A stretch of 64,000 nucleotides of DNA from a virus: positions 64,001 through 128,000 of the IMG/VR virus record IMGVR_UViG_3300043773_002546. One strand, written 5' to 3'. Positions 1 to 9,810 of this stretch are shown one piece after another. Positions within the stretch are counted from its first letter, which is position 1. Each line of letters begins with the position of its first letter. Both the position numbers and the translations under genes were made by a program. Under the pieces are notes generated by a model. That model searched no databases and was not told the origin of the DNA. It saw only the letters and a program-made list of their open reading frames with translations.

Positions 1-79
1 TTAATCCATATGCCGAGAACGGCGCGCGCGACAACGAGCAGCGCCGCGGCTGGAGCACCGATACCATGCCCGGAGATTT

Positions 80-1153
80 TTGAAAGAAACTATGACTATG
101 ACAGCTCCTGGTTCCGTAGCGGTCGATCCGCTTAACCCCATGCTGTACAACCTCCTGGAGCACAAGTTCGGGGAGGTAAAGATCGCCAATGAAGGCGTCT
201 CAGCCGATGTCCAGGAGCTGCCTGATCCGTTCCACCCGGGACGCACAATCACGCACTCCAACAGCTGGGGCGAGTATTACCGGATTAACTGTCCGTTTTG
301 CAACGACGTCGGACACAAGCTCTGGATTAACCATCTTTACGGGGCCGAGTATCACAACGGTCGGCGCACGAACCTGCACCGCGCCATTTGCTACAAAAAC
401 GACTGTCTTTCCGCGCCTGGCCGCCGCGAACAGCTCGAGATGCTCGTCTTTGGCCCCGGGCGCCCGCTGGTTAAGAAAATGCCTATTAAGATGGCCACCC
501 AGGAGTTTACGCCCCTGGCGGCCTCTCCGCCGGGTGAAATTATCCCAGTGGACACGCTCTACGAAGGACACGCGGCTCTGGAGTATCTTCGGCAGAGGAA
601 CTTCGACCCGGGCGAACTGACCAGGGACTTCGGCATCGGGTTTTGCACCCGCACAACTCAAGAGCGCGTTCGCATCGCCGCCGGGCGGCTCTACATCCCT
701 ATCAGCTTTCACGGCAAACTTGTGGGCTGGCAGGCTCGCGCTGTTGGTGACGGCAACAAGAACCTCAAGTACTTCAACTGCCCGGGCACCAGCAAAAGTC
801 GCATGCTCTACAACTACGACCGCGCCAGCCAACAGCCGTTTGTAATTGTCGTTGAGGGTGTGCCCAGCGTGTGGCGTCTCGGCGCGGCTGCTGTGTGTCT
901 CTTCGGCAAAACGATGAGCCTTTGGCAGCGGACCACGATCAGCACGACTTGGTCTGGCAAGCCGGTGTTCATGATGCTCGACAACGACGCCCGCGGTGAG
1001 ATGGAACAGGCCATTCAACTTTTGAAACAGGCGCAAGTTAACGTCATTCCTGTGTATTTGCCCGATAAGCGCGATCCGGCGGATTACCCGCGGGAAGAAA
1101 TAATCTCATTGATATCAATGACCGGCGCCGCCGCCGGGCACGCACCGTTTTAG
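80..1153 (+). CDS. DNA primase (DnaG-like, Zn finger + TOPRIM)
   Basis: N-terminal CPFC...C zinc finger; GRLYIPI...LVGWQAR core; TOPRIM VVEG and MLDND motifs; upstream of the DNA polymerase. Confidence 0.85.
   Translation: MKETMTMTAPGSVAVDPLNPMLYNLLEHKFGEVKIANEGVSADVQELPDPFHPGRTITHSNSWGEYYRINCPFCNDVGHKLWINHLYGAEYHNGRRTNLHRAICYKNDCLSAPGRREQLEMLVFGPGRPLVKKMPIKMATQEFTPLAASPPGEIIPVDTLYEGHAALEYLRQRNFDPGELTRDFGIGFCTRTTQERVRIAAGRLYIPISFHGKLVGWQARAVGDGNKNLKYFNCPGTSKSRMLYNYDRASQQPFVIVVEGVPSVWRLGAAAVCLFGKTMSLWQRTTISTTWSGKPVFMMLDNDARGEMEQAIQLLKQAQVNVIPVYLPDKRDPADYPREEIISLISMTGAAAGHAPF
1106..1121. promoter_or_regulatory. Dispersed palindrome copy 1 (TCATTGATATCAATGA)
   Basis: Perfect 16-bp palindrome near the primase 3' end, about 40 bp upstream of the next start. 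Confidence 0.8.
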
Positions 1154-1162
1154 GAGCAACCC

Positions 1163-1522
1163 ATGGGTAACCTGACCACCATGACGATCTACAACGACGG
1201 GATCGATCAGATCCCCAAGCACGCGCAGGAATTTGCGGACGCCCTGTATGCGGCGGCGCAGTCCACCGACCCGCAGACAATCCGCGTGGGCAATCACTGG
1301 AATCTAGTGAAAGTTCATCCTTTTCGGCATGCGGACACCAGCACGATCTACGTGCACATGGGCAACACGGTTTGCGAAATGAGCGGCTGGAGCAAAGAGA
1401 CTCGGCGCCTCATGCGTGAAAGCCCCGCGTTCTTCGAGAAGATGCTTAACTTCATGCGCGGCGTGGTGGAAAACCTGAGCGCTGATTTCAAGAAACTCCA
1501 AGAAGAGAAAGTAACCGCATGA
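1163..1522 (+). CDS. Hypothetical protein
   Basis: AGGAG RBS; ATGA overlap with the polymerase start. Confidence 0.75.
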   Translation: MGNLTTMTIYNDGIDQIPKHAQEFADALYAAAQSTDPQTIRVGNHWNLVKVHPFRHADTSTIYVHMGNTVCEMSGWSKETRRLMRESPAFFEKMLNFMRGVVENLSADFKKLQEEKVTA

Positions 1523-4500
1523 GCGGCGGAATCACTATTCATCATCTTTTGTCTGAAGCTCTGTCGGACCCGGTCAAGGCCGAGTTCGCCGACGCGGCGT
1601 ATCCGTTCATGCCGCTGGATTCCTACGGTATGCCGCCCGCGGGCCCGGACTTCCTTGCCGCGGCGATTGCCATGGGCGACGACATCGACAGCAGTGTCGT
1701 GAAGCGCAAGAAAGAGCCGCCCACAGGAGAAAACCTCAAGTATCTCTACCGCCGGGCACTTTACGATCCGACCTTCAGTCTCCGAATTGCAATTAAAGGC
1801 GGCGAGGCTTTCGTTCGTTTCATGCCGGGCCATCTTTGGCGGCCGACGGGTAAACGCACCCACGGCCCCAAGAAAGCCCGTGTCATGATCGTCGGCAAGA
1901 TTCCCGGCCGTGACGAACTGGCTGAGCAGCGGGCGCTGGTTGGCCGCGGCGTCGAACCGCTGCGGCAGGCGCTATCCGAGCTGGGAGTGGCCGAGGAGGA
2001 ATACAGCTCCTGGTACGTCACTTTCGCCTGTAAGTTCGGTTCGCCCACTCCTGACAGCGCCACGATCCCCGCTGTGTGGCTTAAAGATTGCGCGCCGCTG
2101 CTGGCCCAAGAGCTGCGCCTTGTGCAGCCGGAGTACATCCTCTGCATGGGCAACGAAGCGGCTAAAGCCGTACTGCAGACCAACGGCAACGTTTCCGGCC
2201 TGTCCGGCCGCGTGCTGCCGATCCATTATCAAGACGAGTACGGGAGCAAGCACGAGGTCAAGGTTATGACCTGCTTAAACCCGGCTTACGTCGCCCGCAA
2301 ACCAGAAGCCTACGAAGATTTCAAAGGGCAGCTTTCGCGGTTTCTGGATATGACGCAGAATCGCACGCCCCAGTCCGAGGACATCGATCATGCCGAGATC
2401 TACACGGAAGAAGCGCTCACTGAGCTCGTGGACGCTATGCTGGCCGATCAGACTCCCGGCTCGAACATTGTTGCGGTGGACTGCGAGTGGCACGGAGACC
2501 ATCCGACAGAGCCTGGTGCTTATTTGCGCACGGTGCAGATTTCCAACCAGGATCGCTGGGCGCGGACGATCGTTCTGCGGTATGACCATGGCGCGGAAGC
2601 GTTTCGTCCGAATCTGGACGCCGCCCGAATCCAGCTCAACCGCTTGCTCAAATCTACGCCGAGTCGTCACGTGCGGGTGGGTGGTCACTTTTTCCGCGCC
2701 GACCTTCCGTGGCTCGTTGATTTTGGCGTCGATGTACGGGACGAGTACGCGCCCGCTGCCGACCACAACAATCGAACACAGGGCGGTTGGGACACCAGCC
2801 TGATGTACCACGCCGTGTGCGAGACGGCGAAATTCGGCTTGGATGACTGCGTGCTGCGGTTCACTTCCGCGCCTCCTTATTGGGAAGAGCTGGACAAGTG
2901 GAAGAAGCGATACCGAGCCCGCCACAAGGTCAAAGCAAGCGAGATGGGCGGCTACGGCATCATCCCGGGCAGTGTGCTTCACCCTTACGCCAGCTACGAC
3001 GTCGATGTCACGCGCCGGATTATGCTCAAGTTTTACGGCACCGACGGAACCGACGGTCTGCTGGCCTGCGATCAGTACGGCAACGACTGCTGGCTGCCTT
3101 ATTGGACGGCGCACCAGGCAAGCTTGGCTTTTCTGGAGATGGAACAGACCGGACTGGTTGTTGACCGCGCGCGGTCTGACGAGATCACGACGCTGTTTAT
3201 GAACACGCAGGATCGGCTGATCCAGGAGATTCGTTCGGAACTCAACTGGCCTAAGTTCAACCCCAAGAGCCAGCCGCAGCTTGCGGTGGCTTTGTTTGGC
3301 TTGGCGTTTAAGGACCGTTACGCCACCAAGATCGAGGTCCCCGAGGACGCGCGCCCTTTGGATTTAACGCCGATTAAAACAACCGGCAAGCGCCCTACGC
3401 TTTGGCACGAACTGGGCTTCCGCGGCGGTAATCGCGACACCGCCACACCCAGCACCGACAAAGAGAGCCTTGGCATCCTTGGGCATCACAACACGACAGC
3501 GGCCAAAATCCGCGACTACAAGTTTGTCGCCCAAGTGCTGCAGTCTGTGCTGCGCAAACCCAACGTGAACGAAGACGGAGAGTTTGAAACTGACGAAGAA
3601 GGACATTACGAATATGACAAGGGCCTTATTGGCGCGGCTCATTCCGACGGGAAGGTACGCACGCATCTTTTCCAGACGAAAGAAACAGGACGCGCCTCAA
3701 GCTCTCGCCCTCCTTTGCAAAACCTCAGCAGTCGACGAGAAGACGACTACAAACGAATTCTCGGCGCCGCTCATCAGCACCCCGTCAGAAGTATCCTCCG
3801 CGTTCCGGAAGGTTGCGTCGGGATTGAAACCGACCTCACTGGTGCGGAATTGGCGGTCCTCGCGTGGCTAAGCCAAGATAAAAACTTTATCGAACACGTT
3901 CGCCGCAACCTGTTGCCCGAAGAACACCCTGACCACTACGACATACATTCACAACAGGCCGTAAAAGCTTTCTGCTTGCGCGACGTGATGCCGACAAAGA
4001 CCGGTATGAAAGACGCTGGTAAAAAGGGTCTGCGCGTGGCCGCCAAAAATGTGAATTTCGGCATTCCATACGGGCGCGGAGCCGAGGCAATTGCGCGGCA
4101 ATGCAAAGAAGAGGGCGTCGAAGTTTCGGCTGAGGACTGCCAGAAGATGATTGACGCGTACTTCATCTCGTACCCTAAGACATACGATTTCCTGGCTGAG
4201 TGCCGCAAACGTTCTCAGGATCCGGGTTGGCTTGTTGGCCCCTACGGTCGTTACAGGCGATTCTTACCCGCTAGCGAACGCTCGGTCATCGGAGAGCAGG
4301 AGCGACAAGCTCAAAACTTTCCAATTCAAGGCGGCGTAGCCGACGCCGTATCAATCGCGCTGAATAACTTTTACAGGTATCGGCTCGAGCACCCCGATGT
4401 TCAATACGATATCGCGCTGCAGATCCACGACGCGATTATGCTCATCGTCCCCCGCGAGCACGCTGAGCGGGTGTACCACGAGGTGGTTCCCAGGTGCATG

Positions 4501-4656
4501 GTCGAAGACGTGCCTTTCTGGCCGCGCTACCTTAACGGCACGCCAATCCCCGTGGCCGAACCCTACCACTTTGGCGCCGACCGTGAGGTATTCGTCCATT
4601 GGGGCGAGAAGCTGAAACCCGACGCCGCAAAGGCTTTAGGCCTGGATTGGCTGTGA
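1519..4656 (+). CDS. polA: Family A DNA polymerase with N-terminal family-4 UDG-like domain and 3'-5' exonuclease
   Basis: UDG4-like MIVGKIPG and LVQPEYILCMG; ExoI VAVDCEW; TGRASSSRPPLQNL; motif A DLTGAEL; motif B AAKNVNFGIPYG; motif C QIHDA. Confidence 0.93.
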   Translation: MSGGITIHHLLSEALSDPVKAEFADAAYPFMPLDSYGMPPAGPDFLAAAIAMGDDIDSSVVKRKKEPPTGENLKYLYRRALYDPTFSLRIAIKGGEAFVRFMPGHLWRPTGKRTHGPKKARVMIVGKIPGRDELAEQRALVGRGVEPLRQALSELGVAEEEYSSWYVTFACKFGSPTPDSATIPAVWLKDCAPLLAQELRLVQPEYILCMGNEAAKAVLQTNGNVSGLSGRVLPIHYQDEYGSKHEVKVMTCLNPAYVARKPEAYEDFKGQLSRFLDMTQNRTPQSEDIDHAEIYTEEALTELVDAMLADQTPGSNIVAVDCEWHGDHPTEPGAYLRTVQISNQDRWARTIVLRYDHGAEAFRPNLDAARIQLNRLLKSTPSRHVRVGGHFFRADLPWLVDFGVDVRDEYAPAADHNNRTQGGWDTSLMYHAVCETAKFGLDDCVLRFTSAPPYWEELDKWKKRYRARHKVKASEMGGYGIIPGSVLHPYASYDVDVTRRIMLKFYGTDGTDGLLACDQYGNDCWLPYWTAHQASLAFLEMEQTGLVVDRARSDEITTLFMNTQDRLIQEIRSELNWPKFNPKSQPQLAVALFGLAFKDRYATKIEVPEDARPLDLTPIKTTGKRPTLWHELGFRGGNRDTATPSTDKESLGILGHHNTTAAKIRDYKFVAQVLQSVLRKPNVNEDGEFETDEEGHYEYDKGLIGAAHSDGKVRTHLFQTKETGRASSSRPPLQNLSSRREDDYKRILGAAHQHPVRSILRVPEGCVGIETDLTGAELAVLAWLSQDKNFIEHVRRNLLPEEHPDHYDIHSQQAVKAFCLRDVMPTKTGMKDAGKKGLRVAAKNVNFGIPYGRGAEAIARQCKEEGVEVSAEDCQKMIDAYFISYPKTYDFLAECRKRSQDPGWLVGPYGRYRRFLPASERSVIGEQERQAQNFPIQGGVADAVSIALNNFYRYRLEHPDVQYDIALQIHDAIMLIVPREHAERVYHEVVPRCMVEDVPFWPRYLNGTPIPVAEPYHFGADREVFVHWGEKLKPDAAKALGLDWL

Positions 4657-4748
4657 TTTGGCGGCTGATCTGGACACGGCCAAAAGGCTGGTTAGACTTG
4701 ATTCTATAAGCATTTTTTGAGTTCTTTTTCTTGAAGGAGAAGGCGTCT

Positions 4749-6158
4749 ATGCCTCGTTACGCTGGTTCGAATTTTGCCGCTTTGGACCCTGAATTTCGCA
4801 AGGCAAACACTGGCGGCGGCGACCCCAAGAAGCGCCGCTATGCCTACGGCAAGCAGAACAACGTCCTGGTCGCCCAGGGCGCGGATTTGTTCGCCAACGG
4901 CTTCACTATCCGTCTCATGCCGCTCTATGACGGCACGACCGCCGACGACGCGGGCAACCGCTCGTTTGTTAACTTCCGCGAAGGCGCAAGCGGAGAAATC
5001 ATGGGCGACTGGTGCCGGTTGTTCACTTGCGCCAATTGGGTGGGCAACCCTGGGATCTGCTTCATCATCCACGATGGCAACCCCGACACGAGCCCCTACG
5101 ACAGTCCCTATCACATCTTCCGCAACGTGGCCTGGAACAACTCCAGCCAGTCCAAGAGCGGCATGCCGCACCCGCGGCTGGGGCGCCTGTTTGACGAGCT
5201 GCTCTCGAAGAACTTTGTGCCCAAGAGCCACGTCGGCTCGCTCCGTCGCCCCGAGCAGACGCTCTTCGTGTCGGCCTCGGCGGTGGGACTGGACGCCAAC
5301 GGGCAGCCTACGCTGCTGGCTTTTGGCGACGACCCGAAGAAGAACGCCCGTATTATCGGCCTGAAGACCAGCGCGGCGCAGTCTCTGCACGCGGCGCTGG
5401 CCGTGCGGGACGAGTCCACTGGGGAGTTCCTCGCGGGCGACATGCTCAGCTTCGGCTCGTCTAAGCTGATCACGTTTCTGCCAGAGACCTACACCAACAA
5501 CTCCAAGAACAGCAACGGCATCTCGTTGCAGGGCAGCGTGGGCGTGCAAGTGCCCAAGCAGGCTCAGCAGCAGCGCCCGGTGCTGGTGGGCTATCCGCCT
5601 AGCCGCAGCTCGATGACGCACTTCTGCGTGGTTCATGACCAATATAACGGTCAGGACATCGCGCTTGAGCCGTACGCCGAGAAGATCGTGGCGGACAGCA
5701 AGAGCTGGGACGAGTACATGTACTTCCCCACGTTCGAAGAGCAGGCTGAAATGCTTGCTACGGCGTTCCCTCGCGAGGCGCTGGAGTTCGCCTGGCAGGA
5801 CCACCCGCAGTTCCTGCGGGCTCTGCCGCGCGGTACAGCGACTGTCGACATGGGTGACCGCGCGGTCGAAGACCTGGAAGAAGCCGACGGTCCGGCGGTT
5901 GCGCCGCGGCAGTCGTTCACTCGCCCGGCTCCGGCACGTCCGGCTGCGCCCGCTCCCGCCCCTGCAATCCAGCAGGCGCCGTGGGAAGGCGAGAGCGAGT
6001 TGTCTCAAGAGGAAGCGGCAGGCGTCGATGCCATGTTTGGCTCGCCCGCCCCGGCTCCAGCCCCAGCCGCAGCCACCCCGGCGGCTCGCGCTTCGGCGCC
6101 AGCCAACACGGCCGATATTATCGCCCGTGCCCGTGCGGCGGCGGCGCGAAACCGCTGA
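4749..6158 (+). CDS. Probable ssDNA-binding protein (gp32-like) with Ala/Pro-rich tail
   Basis: ANGFTIRLMP resembles T4 gp32 GNGQAVIRFLP; lies between polA and recA; acidic low-complexity C-terminus; ATG at 4749 after GAAGGAG. Confidence 0.5.
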   Translation: MPRYAGSNFAALDPEFRKANTGGGDPKKRRYAYGKQNNVLVAQGADLFANGFTIRLMPLYDGTTADDAGNRSFVNFREGASGEIMGDWCRLFTCANWVGNPGICFIIHDGNPDTSPYDSPYHIFRNVAWNNSSQSKSGMPHPRLGRLFDELLSKNFVPKSHVGSLRRPEQTLFVSASAVGLDANGQPTLLAFGDDPKKNARIIGLKTSAAQSLHAALAVRDESTGEFLAGDMLSFGSSKLITFLPETYTNNSKNSNGISLQGSVGVQVPKQAQQQRPVLVGYPPSRSSMTHFCVVHDQYNGQDIALEPYAEKIVADSKSWDEYMYFPTFEEQAEMLATAFPREALEFAWQDHPQFLRALPRGTATVDMGDRAVEDLEEADGPAVAPRQSFTRPAPARPAAPAPAPAIQQAPWEGESELSQEEAAGVDAMFGSPAPAPAPAAATPAARASAPANTADIIARARAAAARNR

Positions 6159-6180
6159 ATTTAGCTAGCCATAGCGGCGA

Positions 6181-6258
6181 CTGTCACTACGTAGTGGCAG
6201 TGCCGCCGCGGCGGCATTGTTTCTAAAACTTGTCGGCGCCGCTGCGTAGCGAGCCGAC
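6181..6258. other. Three consecutive hairpins upstream of recA
   Basis: CTGTCACTACGTAGTGGCAG, TGCCGCCGCGGCGGCA and GTCGGC...GCCGAC inverted repeats. Confidence 0.55.
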
Positions 6259-6272
6259 CTTCTGAGGGAAAT

Positions 6273-7643
6273 ATGGCAAAACGTAAAAAGACGGAAGACG
6301 ACGTTGTCGATGTTCGATCACGGAACGGCGAGCATCCCGTCATTACAGAGGTGCTCAAGGCGACAGCCGAAGATCAAGATCCTTTGATCGGCTTGCCGCT
6401 TCCGTCCCTGGCTGCGCGTTACTTGCTGCAGGCCACTATCTTTCCGCTCTCTCGCTTTACTCAACTGCGCGGCGAGTTCTCCGCTGGCAAGTCTGCGCTG
6501 CTCATGGAGATCATGCGCTGGTTCAACGTGTATGGCGGCGGCGCCATCATGATCGACACGGAGAACAAGAACAGCGAGACGATGCTCGACGGCATCATGG
6601 GGCATAACGAGGAGTACAAAAAGCGTACTTTCTGCGTGAAAGCCCAGTCGGTCGAAGACTGGCAGAAGAAGTACATGGGTTTCTGCCAGAAGATCCACGC
6701 CCAGGCCGATAACGCCGACCGGGCGTTCCCCGTGTGCATCGGCATCGACTCTATCTCGGCGGTCGAGGTCGATCGCCGCGTGGACAAGGTGGCCGAGGAA
6801 GGCCACGCTGCGGCTGGCCACCCCTACCTGGCGCGCAATCTGTCGGACTTCATGCGTACGGCGTTGGTGCCCACGCTGCGGCACTACCCGATCGCGTTTG
6901 TGGCGACCAATCACCTCAAGGAGGAAATTAACTCCATGGGGTTCGGGCCTCCGAAGAAGTACGCCCCCGGCGGCGCCAGCTTGGACTATTACCCGACGCT
7001 GATTCTCGACATGTCCCGCACCTCGCGTAACACAATGCAGGCCGGGCGGGCTGAGGGGCAGTCGGTGCGGATAACCGCAACTAAGAACAATCTTGGCGCG
7101 CCAGGCCGCAAGATCGTTGTGAACCTCATGTGGTACAACGAGATCGTCCCCTGCAAGGACAAGGCCGGGAACGACAGCTTCAAAAACCAGCAGTTCCATT
7201 ATTGGGACTGGCACACAGCCACCGTGCGGCTCCTCATGGAGCTGCAGGACGAGAACAACAAGAAGCTCCCGGCGGGCATGGACCCCAAGCTGCCTAAGCT
7301 TCTCCGCCAAGTCTGCGACCTGGAGTACAAGCACGGCACCAAGAACGCCGAGACGCCGCTGGTCTGGTCTAACGCCCTAGGCGTGACCAAGCAGGAGGCG
7401 CTGCCGGAGGTCGAGATTGCCATGCTGCTCGAGAAGAACACCAAGGTGCTGGGCGTACTGCACGGGCTTCTGGGCGTGAATGAATACCTCGTCTGCGACC
7501 CCGCGGTGAGGTACCGCGAGCAGGTTATGGCCGAGCTGGCTAAGCAGAACGTCTCCGACGAGCCCGAGATGCTGGCTGGCGCCAGTCGGACAGTCGAGGA
7601 CATCATTCCCGCTGATTTTGACCCCCTAGGACAGGTGAGCTGA
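6273..7643 (+). CDS. recA: RecA/UvsX-like recombinase with C-terminal extension
   Basis: Walker A GEFSAGKS; IDTE; Walker B IGIDSISA; ATNHLK; PGGASLDYY; TKNNLGAP. Confidence 0.9.
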   Translation: MAKRKKTEDDVVDVRSRNGEHPVITEVLKATAEDQDPLIGLPLPSLAARYLLQATIFPLSRFTQLRGEFSAGKSALLMEIMRWFNVYGGGAIMIDTENKNSETMLDGIMGHNEEYKKRTFCVKAQSVEDWQKKYMGFCQKIHAQADNADRAFPVCIGIDSISAVEVDRRVDKVAEEGHAAAGHPYLARNLSDFMRTALVPTLRHYPIAFVATNHLKEEINSMGFGPPKKYAPGGASLDYYPTLILDMSRTSRNTMQAGRAEGQSVRITATKNNLGAPGRKIVVNLMWYNEIVPCKDKAGNDSFKNQQFHYWDWHTATVRLLMELQDENNKKLPAGMDPKLPKLLRQVCDLEYKHGTKNAETPLVWSNALGVTKQEALPEVEIAMLLEKNTKVLGVLHGLLGVNEYLVCDPAVRYREQVMAELAKQNVSDEPEMLAGASRTVEDIIPADFDPLGQVS

Positions 7644-8107
7644 TGCAGCTGCTGTGTTGCAATCTGATCGCCCGCAAGGGAAACCTTGAACGGCCGGAAA
7701 AGACGGCGCGCGGCTGTGCAGCGGACTCGAAAGAGTTCTTGCACACGCTGGCTTATCTGGAGAAGCTGTGCCCGCCGCCGATGCCGGTTCGGCTGAGTTT
7801 TTCTTACATGCACGACACTATGCTGGGGCAGTGTCAGCGGAAGAAAAAGTACTTTTTAATCCGGCTCAACAAGTTTATGAATCAGTTTCAGTCCGCTGAC
7901 GTGCTGGTTCACGAGTGGGCGCACGCCTTGGCCTGGAACTACGCGCTGGATCGCCTTGTCGCAAACCCCGATACGACGCCCGAAGAGTTTGAAACGGCCA
8001 GCCATGACGAGGTCTGGGGGTGCGCTTACGCGCGCACTTATCGCGCTCACCTGGCGGCTCTGAGCACTTTTAGCGCCTCAACCGAAAAACACCATGGATC
8101 GCGATAA
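7643..8107 (+). CDS. SprT-like zinc metalloprotease (HExxH)
   Basis: VHEWAH motif followed by HDEVW; paralogous to 53526-53885. Confidence 0.6.
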   Translation: MQLLCCNLIARKGNLERPEKTARGCAADSKEFLHTLAYLEKLCPPPMPVRLSFSYMHDTMLGQCQRKKKYFLIRLNKFMNQFQSADVLVHEWAHALAWNYALDRLVANPDTTPEEFETASHDEVWGCAYARTYRAHLAALSTFSASTEKHHGSR

Positions 8108-8612
8108 CTTTTTTGACAACTTGCGCAGCGAGAACGATGAGCTTATCCGAGCCCAGCGCCAGCTAGGCTTTGAGGAGCGCTGCATCAAGCGCGTGTTCTC
8201 CGAGTGCGGCATCAAAATCAACGGCTGGGGCCGATTTGTGAACGAGTGCCGCGAGGCCACCGGTCACGACCGGTTGACGTTCGAGTGGTTCAACCAACGG
8301 TTTCGTTCGTTCCCGGGCGTGCTCAGCGGCAAGCGAATTCCGCGGCTGCATGAGCTGACGATGCTGGATCTGTTTAAGCCCGCCGAGAAGAATCGGCTGG
8401 GTAAAGCTGTGATGCGCGGCCTGACAAACTTCTGCGCCACGAACTTCGTTTTTATGTTCCCGGTGACCCGCACAATGTTCGTGGCGCACGATCACGAACC
8501 CAGCAGCACCGACGAGCGCGTCGTTTGGTCGTGCTTTGCCGACCCCCCGTTGTTTGTCGAGCCGAGCAAGCATTTCTTCCGGGCGATCGGTGGCGACTGG
8601 TTTGAGGGGTGA
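8094..8612 (+). CDS. Hypothetical protein
   Basis: Long ORF in a coupled operon. Confidence 0.7.
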   Translation: MDRDNFFDNLRSENDELIRAQRQLGFEERCIKRVFSECGIKINGWGRFVNECREATGHDRLTFEWFNQRFRSFPGVLSGKRIPRLHELTMLDLFKPAEKNRLGKAVMRGLTNFCATNFVFMFPVTRTMFVAHDHEPSSTDERVVWSCFADPPLFVEPSKHFFRAIGGDWFEG

Positions 8613-8615
8613 GTC

Positions 8616-9761
8616 ATGCCAGGGATGGCGACAAGGCGCAGTGTGTTTGCACCGGTCACGGCGCTGGCCTTTTCGGCAGACCAGCTCGCCGACCTCAAGA
8701 GCTTCCTTACGCGGCGAAGCGACCAGACCGAGGTCGTGCCGATTTCCGATGCCGATCAGCTCCTAATGGCTGCCGACGGCCGGTTGGTTGAAAGCGGTTA
8801 TCGCTTTAACTACATCGGCTTCATGCAGCTGACCAATGCCATGGTCACCGGCCTGGGCTCGGTCTTTAAGGAGCTCTCCGGGGAAGTGGCCCGCCGCCAG
8901 CGCGACAACCCCACGCCTGACCTGGCCGCCGCGGTGAGCATTTACAACACCGTCGTGCGGGCCCAGATCGACCGCCTCCGGGAACGAAGCCTCCTGGTGG
9001 ATCACCGCGAACGGGTCATCGACGGCTTCCTGGGGCTGGACTACCGCCTCCTGGACAACAGCGCCTTTCTGGACCTGGTAATTCACGAGGTCGCTGTCTG
9101 CCAGCCCAGGGCGCAGTACTACCGGGCGGAGCTCATCGGCCGCGAGCTAATGCTCTACTTTCTCGACCACGGTTCACGGCGCAATGATATCATTGAGAAT
9201 TCTGCTCACGTGTTCACCCGCGGCTGGCAGTTTGTGAACGGCGAGGGGACTAACCGCGCCGTGAACGGCACCAGCTGCGTGTTCACGAAGTTTGGCCTGG
9301 GAGTCGAGCCCAAGGCCAGCAAGCGGGGCTTTCTCCAGCACAGCGGGGCGGACCTGGCCGGTCGAGCCGCGGCGCTGGTTTCCCGCGCCGCCGCTTCAGA
9401 GATTGATATGGATCTGCTGGCGCAGGGCGTGCGCAAGCTCGTGGCGGTCAACCTGGGCTTCACCGAGAACGGGTTCACCGAGCACGTGGCCCGCGTCGCA
9501 GAATCCCTGCTACGGTTCAAGATCCCCGGCGAGGACGCCAAGCTGATCGCCAAAAACGCGGCCATGGTCGGCTCCGACCTCAAGCCGCGGGATTCCGTGG
9601 ACGTTTTTACCGACAAAGTGCTCAAGACCAGAACGGGATACGACCTGGTCTGCGCGTTGTTGCGACACAGCCGGGCCGTGGGGCACCTCGACGCCGTGCG
9701 TTATCAGCAGGCGGCGATGCGTTCTATGTACCCCGCGGCTCGCCGCACCCGAAAATCGTGA
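8616..9761 (+). CDS. Hypothetical protein, possibly DUF932-like
   Basis: GFLGLDYRLLDN resembles the AFLSDRYRRLDN signature recalled for DUF932 proteins. Confidence 0.45.
   Translation: MPGMATRRSVFAPVTALAFSADQLADLKSFLTRRSDQTEVVPISDADQLLMAADGRLVESGYRFNYIGFMQLTNAMVTGLGSVFKELSGEVARRQRDNPTPDLAAAVSIYNTVVRAQIDRLRERSLLVDHRERVIDGFLGLDYRLLDNSAFLDLVIHEVAVCQPRAQYYRAELIGRELMLYFLDHGSRRNDIIENSAHVFTRGWQFVNGEGTNRAVNGTSCVFTKFGLGVEPKASKRGFLQHSGADLAGRAAALVSRAAASEIDMDLLAQGVRKLVAVNLGFTENGFTEHVARVAESLLRFKIPGEDAKLIAKNAAMVGSDLKPRDSVDVFTDKVLKTRTGYDLVCALLRHSRAVGHLDAVRYQQAAMRSMYPAARRTRKS
9182..9195. promoter_or_regulatory. Dispersed palindrome copy 2 (CAATGATATCATTG)
   Basis: Perfect 14-bp palindrome inside a CDS. Confidence 0.7.
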
Positions 9762-9810
9762 AGCGTCAAGTATTACTTTATAGTTCGACTCGTTTTATAG
9801 GAGAGTTTTC

